Positions 28,144-38,538 of a DNA stretch of 64,000 bases are shown one piece after another. Numbering within the stretch: the first letter of the stretch is position 1; each line of letters begins with the position of its first letter. Position numbers and translations under genes: made by a program. Under the pieces are notes generated by a model. That model did not search any database, was not told where the DNA came from, and saw nothing but the letters and a program-made list of their open reading frames with translations. Source of the DNA: Thainema sp. (GTDB taxonomy: Bacteria > Cyanobacteriota > Cyanobacteriia > Phormidesmidales > Phormidesmidaceae); assembly GCA_052168235.1 (NCBI GenBank), contig JBQLZK010000037.1, positions 11,251 through 75,250 on the forward strand, read 5' to 3'.

Positions 28144-28243
28144 TAAGGTGCTTCCATAGTTCTGAGCGTTGAATTTGTTTAAGCCAACGGGCATATTTGG
28201 TGCAAGATGTGAGTAGCTGTACGTGATCCTGTGCTCAATCGCT

Positions 28244-30319
28244 ATGCTGGAATGGCTGCCCAATAGTCCACTGATTTCATTTACAATCCTGCTGCTGGTC
28301 ATCTTGACCGTGCCGCCGATCTTTGAGCGATTGCGATTGCCGGGGCTGGTGGGCCTGCTGTTTGCGGGGGTTGTGCTGGGTTCTGATGGTCTGGGGCTGC
28401 TCGATCCCGACTCGGAAACCACCAAGTTACTGTCAGACATCGGCAAAATCTATCTGATGTTTGTGGCAGGTTTGGAAATTGACCTGGACGAATTTCGCAA
28501 GACCAAAGAGCGATCGCTGGGATTTGGGTTTGCCACCTTTTTGGTGCCGCTGATTGCGGGGACGCTGATTGGACAGCTATTTGGCTTTGGCCTCAATGCT
28601 TCGATTCTGATTGGCTCACTGATTGCCTCTCATACCCTGCTTGGCTACCCAATTGTGCAGCGGCTGGGCATCGTGCGCAATGAAGCGGTGACGGTGACGA
28701 TTGGCGCAACTATTTTCACCGACATTGCGGCGCTACTGGTACTCGCCATCTGCGTCGCCATCCATGCCGGAGAATTTTCGGCTGGGACGCTGGTGCTGCA
28801 ACTGTTCCTGCTGGCTGTCTACGCGGCAGCGGTGCTGTTTGGGCTGGACTGGGCCGGAAAAGCCTACTTTCGCCGCACGGGTGATGAGGAAAGCAATCAG
28901 TTTCTCTTCGTGCTGCTGGCGGTCTTTCTGGCTTCGATGGGGGCGCAGGTGATCAATGTCGATAAAATTGTCGGCGCGTTTCTAGCTGGATTAGCCGTCA
29001 ATGATGTCGTCGGGCACGGCCCAGTTGAAGAGAAGATTGAATTTGTTGGCAGTACGCTATTTATTCCCTTCTTTTTCGTCGGCATGGGGCTGCTGCTGGA
29101 TGTGCCTGCCTTTATTGAAAGCCTGACCACCAATTTTGGCCTGACGGCTGCGATCGCAGTTGGCCTATTTGTCAGTAAATTTCTAGCGGCAGCGATTTTT
29201 AAATTCGTCTTTCGCTATCAGTGGTACGAGGCTCTCACCATGTGGTCGCTGTCGCTGCCCCAGGTGGCGGCAACGCTGGCGGCGGCGCTGGCTGGACTCA
29301 GCGCTGGCATTATCGATGAATCGGTATTCAACAGCATTATTGTCTTGATGCTGCTCACGTCGCTGGCGGGGCCGATGCTGACCGAGCGGTTTGCCGTGCG
29401 GCTGTCTGCCCCCAAAGCGGCATCGTCGTTGGATCATCCCCAGCGTGAATCCTGGTGGGGAGCGATTAGCGAGGCAGAAGCGCAAATCAATCAGCGCGAT
29501 CGCTATCCGTTTACCGTTGTGGTACCGATCTACAATCCCAACACCGAGCGCAATTTGATTGAACTGGCGGCACTGTTGGCCCATCACGAGTCAGGCACGG
29601 TGATTCCCTTGGCGGTCGTCAAAGCGCACGTTCACATGGATGAGCCAGAGCTAACTGGGACGCTCCAGCGCAGTCAAAAGCTCCTGGAACGCGCCGTAGA
29701 TATTAGCCAAACCTTCAGCGCCGATGCCCGTCCCGACATTCGGATTGACGATGATGTGGCCGAAGGGATTAGCCGCACCGCTCGCGAAACCAATGCTAGC
29801 CTAATCGTCATGGGCTGGAGCGGCAGCGGGTTGCGATCGCGTTTATTTGGCAGCGTCACTGATAACGTGTTCTGGGCTGCTCACTGTCCGGTGGCGGTGA
29901 CGCGGCTGCTGGATGAACCGATTCACTTTAAGCACATCCTGGTGCCAATTAAAAACATTACGTCCCAAACCCTGCGAATTCTGCGCTTTGCCCAACTGTT
30001 TGCCGACACTAATCAGGCATCGCTGCTCCTGCTCCATGTTCACGATCCGCGCACGCTGCCGGAACATGTCAGCGGCTTTGAACAGGCTGTCACTCAGGCC
30101 ATGCAGGCGCAAGGCCCAGCGGTTGATTTTGATATCAAAGCCATTCCTAGCGATCACCCCGGTCAAACGATTCTCAAAATGGCGCAGTCATTTGATCTGG
30201 TCATCCTGCGCTCAACCCGTCGCCGCACGGCGGGTGGTTTAGCGGTCAGCGATGTGACGACTCAGGTGATTAAAGAATTGCGCTGCTCAGTGATCCTGTT
30301 TGGTGAGCCTCATACATAA
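28244..30319 (+). CDS. Cation:proton antiporter (CPA2) fused to universal stress protein domains
   Basis: N-terminal multi-TM domain (LPGLVGLL, YLMFVAGLEID, ATIFTDI, VGAFLAG) and C-terminal USP-like IVMGW...LFGSVTDNV. Confidence 0.9.
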   Translation: MLEWLPNSPLISFTILLLVILTVPPIFERLRLPGLVGLLFAGVVLGSDGLGLLDPDSETTKLLSDIGKIYLMFVAGLEIDLDEFRKTKERSLGFGFATFLVPLIAGTLIGQLFGFGLNASILIGSLIASHTLLGYPIVQRLGIVRNEAVTVTIGATIFTDIAALLVLAICVAIHAGEFSAGTLVLQLFLLAVYAAAVLFGLDWAGKAYFRRTGDEESNQFLFVLLAVFLASMGAQVINVDKIVGAFLAGLAVNDVVGHGPVEEKIEFVGSTLFIPFFFVGMGLLLDVPAFIESLTTNFGLTAAIAVGLFVSKFLAAAIFKFVFRYQWYEALTMWSLSLPQVAATLAAALAGLSAGIIDESVFNSIIVLMLLTSLAGPMLTERFAVRLSAPKAASSLDHPQRESWWGAISEAEAQINQRDRYPFTVVVPIYNPNTERNLIELAALLAHHESGTVIPLAVVKAHVHMDEPELTGTLQRSQKLLERAVDISQTFSADARPDIRIDDDVAEGISRTARETNASLIVMGWSGSGLRSRLFGSVTDNVFWAAHCPVAVTRLLDEPIHFKHILVPIKNITSQTLRILRFAQLFADTNQASLLLLHVHDPRTLPEHVSGFEQAVTQAMQAQGPAVDFDIKAIPSDHPGQTILKMAQSFDLVILRSTRRRTAGGLAVSDVTTQVIKELRCSVILFGEPHT

Positions 30320-30346
30320 TCTGTAGTGTGATTAATACCTATTGCC

Positions 30347-32155
30347 ATGAATTCGCGTTTTGTTTATCAACATCTGCGTTGGTCTACACTACAGCGCTAC
30401 ATTGCCTGGTGCGTGCTGGTAATTTTCGTTGTGCTGATGATTGTGGTGCAACCCATCGCAGCGCAAAATTCTTCTTCAGATGCGGCTTTTTCCGCTTGGG
30501 CGCAGGCTCCCGCCACCGACAGTCAACCTAATCCTGATCCTGATTTAGCCAGTGATTTAGAGGATACAAATTTAGTTGACCCCGTCTTGGTTGATCAACC
30601 TGCGGGCAATCGAATCGATGGTTTTCCGGTCGTGCTGAATAATGAAGTTCTGTTTCGCATTAAAGAAGGTGTGGCAGGTGTGGCCACCGCTGAGGAGCGA
30701 GCCGGAATCATCCAAGGACGAATCGATGCGATCGCAACGAATCCAGCTGTTTCCCTCGACCAAATTCGCGTTGATACGCAAAATAATCGCACCGTAATCA
30801 AGGCTGGCGAGCAAGTTTTGTTTACCGTGACTGAAGCAGATGCAGAAGTTTATGATCAGTCGATTGATCAACTCGCCAATCAAGCCGTAGAGTTCATTCA
30901 AACTGAAATTGCGACCTATCGGGCGGAACGCAGCGTCAAACGACGCACACTTGGAATTGTCCTTACTATTGTCAGCACGCTTATTCTGATTATCTTTTTA
31001 CGCAGCCTGTTCCTCTTTTCCTCAAAACTCTTGCTGCGGGTTGCGCAAGCGCGTCACCATCGCAGTTTAGAACTGCGAATCCATAACTTTCAAATTTTAG
31101 GCGCTAGTGCAACGGGATACTTGTTGGCGGTGCTGATTCGTTTAGGACGGCCCATCCTTGTCCTGGCTGCGTTCTATCTATACATTCCGTTTGTTTTGCG
31201 GCAGTTTCCGGCCACGCGACCGCTGGGCGACCGGGTGTTAAACGATTTGGCTGGGCGATTAAACAATTTTGCTCAAGCTTTTGTTGCCTATCTGCCCAAC
31301 CTGATCACCATCGTCGTGATTGGGGTCGTGGCCTACTACCTGTTTGGCTTTGTGAAGCAGGTAATTGCGGAGCTGGGCCGAACCGATGTTTATCCGTGGT
31401 TTTATCCGGAATGGATACAGCCTACCAATCGACTCGCAGGATTCTTGGTATTTGCGATCTCATGTGTCGTTGCTGGTCCTTATTTACCCGGATTTGGATC
31501 ACCCGCGTTTCAGGGCATATCGATTTTCTTGGGGGCGCTGCTAACCCTTGGTTCATCGTCTGCCGTTGCCAATGCCATTTCCGGCATTATCTTGATTTAC
31601 ACCCGTGCCTTTCAAATCGGTGACTTTATTCGGATTGACACAAACATGGGTGAAGTAACGGAAAAGTCGCTGTTTGTCACCCGCATCATGACCCCGAAGC
31701 GGGAGACAATCACCATTCCCAATCTGTCTGTGTTGAATAGCAATGTGGTCAACTACACGGCGATCTGCCGCGAATCAGGCGGATACTTAACGCTGCACAC
31801 GACGGTGACTCTGGGTTATGACGTACCCTGGCGCAAAGTTTATGAGGTGATGACCGCAGCCGCAACGGCCACAAAGCACATCACGGCTGAACCTGCCCCC
31901 TTTGTGCTGCAAACTGCGCTGAATGATTTCAACGTTAGCTACGAACTGAATGCTTACACCGATCGGCCTGAATTGATGCCGCGCATTTATTCCGAGCTGC
32001 ACGCCAATCTTCAGGATTACTGCAACAGTGCCGATATTGAAATCCTTTCGCCTGCTTTTTCTGCGCTCCGAGACGGCAATCACTCCACACTTCCGGCTGA
32101 CTATCTACCAGAAGACTATCGCGCCCCAATGTTTCAAATTCGCCAGGACTCGTGA
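30347..32155 (+). CDS. MscS family mechanosensitive channel with periplasmic N-domain
   Basis: GSSSAVANAISGIILIYTRAFQIGDFI, TITIPN, TLGYDVPW, LQTALNDFNVSYELNAYT, IEILSP. Confidence 0.9.
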   Translation: MNSRFVYQHLRWSTLQRYIAWCVLVIFVVLMIVVQPIAAQNSSSDAAFSAWAQAPATDSQPNPDPDLASDLEDTNLVDPVLVDQPAGNRIDGFPVVLNNEVLFRIKEGVAGVATAEERAGIIQGRIDAIATNPAVSLDQIRVDTQNNRTVIKAGEQVLFTVTEADAEVYDQSIDQLANQAVEFIQTEIATYRAERSVKRRTLGIVLTIVSTLILIIFLRSLFLFSSKLLLRVAQARHHRSLELRIHNFQILGASATGYLLAVLIRLGRPILVLAAFYLYIPFVLRQFPATRPLGDRVLNDLAGRLNNFAQAFVAYLPNLITIVVIGVVAYYLFGFVKQVIAELGRTDVYPWFYPEWIQPTNRLAGFLVFAISCVVAGPYLPGFGSPAFQGISIFLGALLTLGSSSAVANAISGIILIYTRAFQIGDFIRIDTNMGEVTEKSLFVTRIMTPKRETITIPNLSVLNSNVVNYTAICRESGGYLTLHTTVTLGYDVPWRKVYEVMTAAATATKHITAEPAPFVLQTALNDFNVSYELNAYTDRPELMPRIYSELHANLQDYCNSADIEILSPAFSALRDGNHSTLPADYLPEDYRAPMFQIRQDS

Positions 32156-32164
32156 TGGAATTTT

Positions 32165-33448
32165 TTATTGAGATTGGCTTGAAATGCTGTTTCTATAATC
32201 TCCTAATTTCGTAGGAGCCACAGGGCTATCTTCTTTAAATTCGCCTTTAAATTGAATTGATTTGAGATACCAAAAGGCTACGACCAGAGGCAAAACATAT
32301 CGATCCCAAGGATATGCTTTCATCATAATTAGGCTATTAAACAAAACCATCAGAGTAATTAGGTTTGACTGAGAGAAGCGAACACAAGCTAAATAAGATA
32401 GTCCATAAAACAGAGCGATTTTGGCAATATCACTCGGCAAAAGATCCGCAATTTTAATCAGAGTTCCAGCTCCGAATAGCAGCGGAGGATAAACTAAAAC
32501 AAATAGTAGTAGTAGAGCTGCAACAATCAGAAGTCGCTGCCACTGCGCTTGAACAACCGAAAGACCCTTTCTGAGCATAGATGCTATTTTATTTGTTCTT
32601 TTTGCGCTCAAGAAATATTTTGGAAAAACAAATAAAATAAATTCTGGAATGACAATATAAACTCCAACAAAAGCTAAAAAATTAATCGCTCCACCGGGAG
32701 TTAAGCTCCAAAATGATTGCTGTACATCCGGTACCGAGCGATATTCCAAACCAGATTGAGGTGCCAATCCTTGAAACAAATAAACCCAAAACAGAAGGGA
32801 GAGTACGGCCAGTAGAGGAGCAAGCCATTTCCAGTGATCCTGTAGGCGAAACTTACGTATCCGTAGCGAGTGATTAAACGCTAGGACAAACTCATAGCTC
32901 ATAATCGCAGCCGGAAACGCAATCATATACTGTCTTGATGCGATCGCAAGGACAAAGGCAAAGCTACTCAGCAAATAGCGATCGCGGATATAGGTCATGA
33001 GTCCTAAAATCATCCAAAAGCAGGCAATCATCTCCGTATAAAGTCGCCCACTTAAAAATAGATAGTAAGGGCACATAAACAGCCCAATTAAGCATAAAAT
33101 TGCTCTTCCCCCTCGGCTGCGATTGGGCCAACCGATTAGAAAAACAATGACTAAGGATAGGATAAGGTTTAAGAGTCGTCCAGCGAATATGCCCTGATTG
33201 AAAAGATATTCTAATGAGCCGAAGATCACGAATGGCAATGGTGTATTTAGCTCTTTATAGTCGCTTAGATCCTCAAGAGATGGAACGAGTCGGTCGCTGA
33301 ATCCCAAACTGGTTTCCCAAAATGTCCTTTCATCCCACAAAAAAGGACCTCGCAGAAAATCTAGCCAAGCTAGTAAAGCCATGTAGATAACTACTACGCC
33401 GACTATAAAAAAGAACTTTTGTTTTGATTTGTCGTTGATTAAGTCCAT
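32165..33448 (-). CDS. Polytopic membrane protein, probable GT-C fold glycosyltransferase
   Basis: WDE in first periplasmic loop, TPL, GRLLN, YTE, RQ, RY.LP; about 10 TMs; end of glycan cluster. Confidence 0.6.
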   Translation of the reverse strand: MDLINDKSKQKFFFIVGVVVIYMALLAWLDFLRGPFLWDERTFWETSLGFSDRLVPSLEDLSDYKELNTPLPFVIFGSLEYLFNQGIFAGRLLNLILSLVIVFLIGWPNRSRGGRAILCLIGLFMCPYYLFLSGRLYTEMIACFWMILGLMTYIRDRYLLSSFAFVLAIASRQYMIAFPAAIMSYEFVLAFNHSLRIRKFRLQDHWKWLAPLLAVLSLLFWVYLFQGLAPQSGLEYRSVPDVQQSFWSLTPGGAINFLAFVGVYIVIPEFILFVFPKYFLSAKRTNKIASMLRKGLSVVQAQWQRLLIVAALLLLFVLVYPPLLFGAGTLIKIADLLPSDIAKIALFYGLSYLACVRFSQSNLITLMVLFNSLIMMKAYPWDRYVLPLVVAFWYLKSIQFKGEFKEDSPVAPTKLGDYRNSISSQSQ

Positions 33449-33561
33449 ATTCTTTATGTTCAAAATTGCCGTTAATTTTTAAGTATGGGGAAATAGAATA
33501 TAGTCTGTCCTGCGTTTTTCGATGAGCAATTTTCAACGCAAAATCTCATCGAATTGGTTGC

Positions 33562-35142
33562 TCATGCGTGAATTTGAGATGGCTCATCTGCTGCATTCAA
33601 CGCTGGGTTTGGGCAAATACTGTTATTCCTAAAAGATTGAGGTGTGGTTTGGAGCAAGTGCTCACCTAGGCGGCGAGCGATCGCTAAGATCGTGAACGTG
33701 GGCGAGTAAGATGGCCCGGTCGGAAATACGGCTGAACTTGCTATATACAGGTTTTCGGTGCCAAATACGCGACAGTTGGTGTCCACGACCCCTTCCTCCG
33801 GTCGGCTAGCCATGCGAGTTGTGCCCATTTGGTGAGCCGCATCCGTCATATTTTCCAAGCTGGGCGGTTCATCCCCAAAGTCAAAAGTGCCTAGCCCCAC
33901 CTGTTCAAACCGCTGAGTCAACAGTTCCAGCGTTGTTGCCATTGATTGCCGATCGTGATCCGTGAAGCACCAATCAACTTCCAGTTTGCGCTGTCCCAGA
34001 ACATCCCGTTCGGTGCCAAGCTTGATCCGGCTCCTCTTCTGGGGCACCTGCTCGGTGACAAACTTGACCCGATAAGTTGCGATCGCACCATTTCCATCTC
34101 GGCAAACGGGCCGTCCCCGCACAATCCGCCACAGTCGATCAGTTGTCTTTTCGTAGATAGGTTTTATGTATAGAACGTGCTCCAGTAGCTTGTGTTCTGC
34201 CTGAGTTGCATCGTCTAGCGCAAAACAAATACAGAACCGGGGCTTCGGCGCATACTGCAATTCATGGGCATATTGGCGCGTCAGACTGCCAGGGTGAAGC
34301 GTTCCCGTGTGGTGCTTGGGGTGATCGGTATAGAAGCGGCCTACTAGGTCGTGAGCGTTACCAATACCTCCCGGCAGTTGGCGATCGGAGGATAGGAGCA
34401 GACGGGCTGCTTCAAATGCTCCGGTCGCAAGCACCACGACATCGCCCTCGACCGTCAGTTCTCGACCCTCTAAGGAGCGGCAAACCACTGTCGTTACTCG
34501 CTGACCGGTTTCGTCTAGTTTTAATTCGGTTGCCGTTGCGCCAAGCACCACCTGCAAGTTGGCTGAGCGGCGCATTTCGTCCCCAAAGCGTTTTGCTGTC
34601 CGGGTTGGCGTCTCTTCCCAATAGAAGCTACTCATCTTTAAGCCACCCGCCGCGATTTTGGCTCGCAGCTCGACGATTTCAGGACGCATAGCTTCGGCCT
34701 CTAGATCTCCAAAACCGTAGTCTTTAGCGGCGGAACGATAATGCTCCAGCAGATCCTCGAACCGGATGGGCCAGCCGCTGTTGGCAACCCAAGGTCTGCC
34801 CTCAAAATCAATCGGCTGTAGGTATTTCCATTTGCCCGTCCAAACATTGCTCGTGCCACCAAACTGGCGCACACGACTCACTCCCCGCAGTTCTGGCGGT
34901 AGGTAGCGATGATAATACGAATTGGGATTTAGCTCACGATGACGCTTACCTAGAAAAACTACGTCATTCAAAGCCTGGATAGAGGGATCAAAGCGATCGC
35001 GCCCGCTTTCCACCAGCACCACGTCTCGGCCATGACGAGCTAGGTGTGTAGCGACCTCAGCACCCGCAATGCCGGAACCCAGCACCACCACCTGCCCCCG
35101 TAGCGTCGTCTGCTCACCCATTTCCAAAATATCGGTAATCAT
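33562..35142 (-). CDS. GMC family FAD oxidoreductase
   Basis: VLGSGIAG FAD motif, RQFGGTSNVW, VGRFYTDHP, HQMGTTRM, VVD.NCRVFG, SPTFTILA. Confidence 0.9.
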   Translation of the reverse strand: MITDILEMGEQTTLRGQVVVLGSGIAGAEVATHLARHGRDVVLVESGRDRFDPSIQALNDVVFLGKRHRELNPNSYYHRYLPPELRGVSRVRQFGGTSNVWTGKWKYLQPIDFEGRPWVANSGWPIRFEDLLEHYRSAAKDYGFGDLEAEAMRPEIVELRAKIAAGGLKMSSFYWEETPTRTAKRFGDEMRRSANLQVVLGATATELKLDETGQRVTTVVCRSLEGRELTVEGDVVVLATGAFEAARLLLSSDRQLPGGIGNAHDLVGRFYTDHPKHHTGTLHPGSLTRQYAHELQYAPKPRFCICFALDDATQAEHKLLEHVLYIKPIYEKTTDRLWRIVRGRPVCRDGNGAIATYRVKFVTEQVPQKRSRIKLGTERDVLGQRKLEVDWCFTDHDRQSMATTLELLTQRFEQVGLGTFDFGDEPPSLENMTDAAHQMGTTRMASRPEEGVVDTNCRVFGTENLYIASSAVFPTGPSYSPTFTILAIARRLGEHLLQTTPQSFRNNSICPNPALNAADEPSQIHA

Positions 35143-35235
35143 AAAAGCTCCAGTTATAAAAGTTGAAGTTCTATATGGTTTGTAAGGGCGAATGGCCATT
35201 CGCCCCTACGTAACGCTACCTGCTTTCCTAGGAGA

Positions 35236-36150
35236 TTAAGAAGCATTTGTGGTCACCACAAATCGCATTTTTAGACTTTTGATTAATTGCGATATGAGAG
35301 GCTGCAAGATTCGCTTTGAAATATGCACTGGATGAATTTTGAAGGCCCATATAGCATGAACTAGCGCCGCTCGCTTTTGACCCATTTCATAGGATTTCAC
35401 CGCATGTTTGTAGAGAAATTCAGCAAACATTTTGGGATGAGATTCAAAGGCGTAGCGATGTTTTTGAACTAACTGGTTAAAGCTATCCTGGCGCAGATTT
35501 AAACTACCTGAAACTCTTGTGCCTGAGTGTACTAAAAGCTGATACGCTACCTTTGGCAAACCAATCAGGGTACATTCAGGATTCAGTCTCAAAAAGAATT
35601 CGGAATGAACTCGGGAGCGAAATGCTTCGTCCCAACCACCAATCTTAAGCACTAGTTCACGCTCAACCACCAGCGTTTGTTTGGTATGAAACGATCGCCC
35701 CGGTTCGGGATCTGCCAAAAAGAAATAGCTGCCTTTTGAACATTGGGTGGGTGGCAGACGAGTGAGTAGAACGTCTCCATGCTCATTCACCTTTTGCAGA
35801 CCCGAAATCACGGCCACAGGCGGATCACAAGATGTACTTTTCAATGCGGCCAACGACATTTCCACCATGTGCGGCAGCAGCACATCATCATCATCGAGAT
35901 ACGTTACCCAGCGCCCCCGAGCCGCTTGGGTGCCGACATTGCGAGCACCCGCACCGCCGACGCCTGCTTCGAGTCGAATCACTCGTAAGCGCGGATTTTC
36001 TGGAAGTTGGACAGGTTCGCTGGATGCATCATCGACTACCACCACTTCTAAGTCTTGGTAGGTTTGATTTAAGGCACTCTCAACCGCAAGTGGCAGCAGA
36101 TGAGGCCGATTATGGGTCGGAATAATGATGCTGATCGGAGGATGAGACAT
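35236..36150 (-). CDS. Glycosyltransferase family 2
   Basis: IIPTHNR, VVVDDAS, ARNVG, YLDDDD. Confidence 0.92.
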   Translation of the reverse strand: MSHPPISIIIPTHNRPHLLPLAVESALNQTYQDLEVVVVDDASSEPVQLPENPRLRVIRLEAGVGGAGARNVGTQAARGRWVTYLDDDDVLLPHMVEMSLAALKSTSCDPPVAVISGLQKVNEHGDVLLTRLPPTQCSKGSYFFLADPEPGRSFHTKQTLVVERELVLKIGGWDEAFRSRVHSEFFLRLNPECTLIGLPKVAYQLLVHSGTRVSGSLNLRQDSFNQLVQKHRYAFESHPKMFAEFLYKHAVKSYEMGQKRAALVHAIWAFKIHPVHISKRILQPLISQLIKSLKMRFVVTTNAS

Positions 36151-36289
36151 CGTTTATAAGCGTAATGGAATAGAAGTTAATAAAACGGCAAGATATTGTT
36201 TATCGTGGGTCGTAGTCTGTGTGTGAGGCTGGTTGACTAGCGTTGAATTTCACATTGTTCAAATCAACTTGTTGTGGGACATTTGCGAG

Positions 36290-37624
36290 TTATTTAGGTA
36301 TATGCGGTTGACTAACAGATAGCGGCTCGGTTGAGGGGACTAAAGCCCAGGTTCGCGGTTGATAGAACTGACATTTGTTGATGTTGCAGTAGGCCGTGAC
36401 GGTGAATCGAAACGATTCCACGACATCAAAGGTGTAAACCGCATCTTTTCTGACCCGTATTTGCGCCGTATATACACCAGGAGCAAGACCCAAATAGGGA
36501 AGCTGGAGTTGAATTTCAGAAAAGCCAGAGGAAAGGTTAAAGAAGGCATCGTCGTTTTGCCCCCGCAGCGACAAGGCATAGCCTGCATTCTCGACACCGC
36601 CCACCTTAGTAATCCGCATGTCTAAAGCCACACCGCTATAGCTGCCGTGAGCCTCGCAGTTGACGCACAAGCTCATGGCTTCTCCCGTCAGCACGGTTTG
36701 CGTCGGTTGGCCTTGAGCATCGCGGAAAAAGAGGTCGCGAATGTCAATGCCAGTGCTGGCTGTGCCAGGTTTAGCTGGAAAGGTCATGCGATTCTCAGAG
36801 CGTTCGACGCTGCTGAGGAAGAGGTCGTGCTCGTACCGATCGACGACCGTATTAACCTCGCCTTGCGTCACCAATGCGCCCTGAGAGAGATAAATAGCCG
36901 TATCGCAGATGTTCAAAATGGCCTGGGCGTTGTGGTTGACCAGGATAAACGCGACGCCTTTTTGCCGAAGTTCATAGAGACGGCGATAGCATTTGGCTTT
37001 GAAGCGGGCATCGCCGACGGCGAGAACTTCATCAATCAGCAAAATATCGGGTTCGGTATAGATGGCGCAGGCAAAGCCCAAACGAGCTGCCATTCCTGAG
37101 CTGTAGGTTTGCACCGGAGCATCAATGGCTGTTTCAATCTCGGCAAACTCGACCACATCCTGAAACCGCTGCTCAATCTGGCGAGTTGTCAAACCCAGGA
37201 TCGACATGTTGGCATAAATATTTTCCCGTCCCGTCAGAATCGGATTAAAGCCTGCCCCCAGCGCAATCAGCGGCGCGAGACGGCCTCGAATTCGCACTTG
37301 GCCCGTATCCGGTTTAATCAGACCGCTGATAATCCGTAACAGGGTACTTTTGCCAGCGCCGTTACTGCCCACCAGTCCCACAGCCTGCCCCCGATGCAGC
37401 TGAAAACTAATCGACTGGAGCGCCCAAAATTCCTGCGATCGCAACCGATCACTGTGGCGTCGTCCCCCGGTCAGGTCTGCCGCGATATCCTGCACGCCGT
37501 AAAAGAGCGATCGCTTTAAATCACGACAGAACTTTTTAGACACTCCTTCAACGGAGATCACGGGCGGCTCGGGCGACACCTGTTCAGAACTGGATTGTTG
37601 TTGATGTTGAGTATTCAGCAGCAT
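36290..37624 (-). CDS. wzt: Polysaccharide ABC exporter ATP-binding subunit with Wzt C-terminal domain
   Basis: FWAL, GSNGAGKS, YSSGM.ARLGFA, IDEVLAVGD.RF..KC, C-terminal beta domain. Confidence 0.9.
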   Translation of the reverse strand: MLLNTQHQQQSSSEQVSPEPPVISVEGVSKKFCRDLKRSLFYGVQDIAADLTGGRRHSDRLRSQEFWALQSISFQLHRGQAVGLVGSNGAGKSTLLRIISGLIKPDTGQVRIRGRLAPLIALGAGFNPILTGRENIYANMSILGLTTRQIEQRFQDVVEFAEIETAIDAPVQTYSSGMAARLGFACAIYTEPDILLIDEVLAVGDARFKAKCYRRLYELRQKGVAFILVNHNAQAILNICDTAIYLSQGALVTQGEVNTVVDRYEHDLFLSSVERSENRMTFPAKPGTASTGIDIRDLFFRDAQGQPTQTVLTGEAMSLCVNCEAHGSYSGVALDMRITKVGGVENAGYALSLRGQNDDAFFNLSSGFSEIQLQLPYLGLAPGVYTAQIRVRKDAVYTFDVVESFRFTVTAYCNINKCQFYQPRTWALVPSTEPLSVSQPHIPK

Positions 37625-38521
37625 CTATGACGTTACCCTCTCGACCACATACGGCATCGCAATCCGAAAACCCACCCAGGTTAGTACTAGTCCAACTAGA
37701 GTTAATCCACTCACCACCCAAAAGCCCAATGACTGGGTCAGTATTCCAGTCGTCGCTAACTCTCGCAGCGTGACTAATAGCGGTGTGACGGGATTCCACG
37801 CCACTAGCGCTCCAAACAGTCCCTCTGTCGGTACGGGATAGATTACCGGAGTCAAAAACAGCCAAAATCCCATAATCATGTTCAGGCTTTTGGAAACGTC
37901 CTGGTACAGCACGCCAATTGGAGCCAGTAAGACGCCCACCAGCGTACCCAGCAAAATCAGGTGAATCAGCGCAATTGGAGTCAGGACAATAGTCCAGCTC
38001 ACGGGCACCCGGAAGTAGATAAATAAGCTGACAATCAGAATCAGCTTGATGCCAAAGTTGAAGAAGACTTCCCCCAGTTTGGCTAGGATGATGGCCTCGC
38101 GGGGAAAATTGACCCTGGCCAGCATCGGCTTAGCCAAAATCACCGCCTGCACTGGCCCGGTTGCGGCATCCACAAAAGTTTGCCACAGAGCTGTGTTGAA
38201 CATGACGTAGGCCGGATAGGGAATATCCGTTTCGCCCACGGCAAACACATTGGCATCCTTGGCCAGCGTGAAACCGAGCGCCATCGCAATGGGTGGAATA
38301 AACGCCCAGGCAATGCCCAAAAGCGCCTGCCGATACTGGGCGCTGATGTCGCGCACCATCAGCCGCCAAGCCAACTCGCGAGATGCCAGCAGATCACGCC
38401 ACATCGTCCACAGCAAATACCGGGGACGCCGCAGCAAACTATCGGGAGTATGAACAACTTCTGGAGGCATAGAGATCACAACCGAACTACGAACTAACTT
38501 GCTGATGCTGGGTTTCGTCAC
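37625..38521 (-). CDS. wzm: Polysaccharide ABC exporter permease
   Basis: RDISAQYRQALLGIAWAFI, RVNFPRE, FLTPVIYP, WNPV. Confidence 0.9.
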   Translation of the reverse strand: MTKPSISKLVRSSVVISMPPEVVHTPDSLLRRPRYLLWTMWRDLLASRELAWRLMVRDISAQYRQALLGIAWAFIPPIAMALGFTLAKDANVFAVGETDIPYPAYVMFNTALWQTFVDAATGPVQAVILAKPMLARVNFPREAIILAKLGEVFFNFGIKLILIVSLFIYFRVPVSWTIVLTPIALIHLILLGTLVGVLLAPIGVLYQDVSKSLNMIMGFWLFLTPVIYPVPTEGLFGALVAWNPVTPLLVTLRELATTGILTQSLGFWVVSGLTLVGLVLTWVGFRIAMPYVVERVTS

Positions 38522-38538
38522 CTCAGCCCAACCTACGA

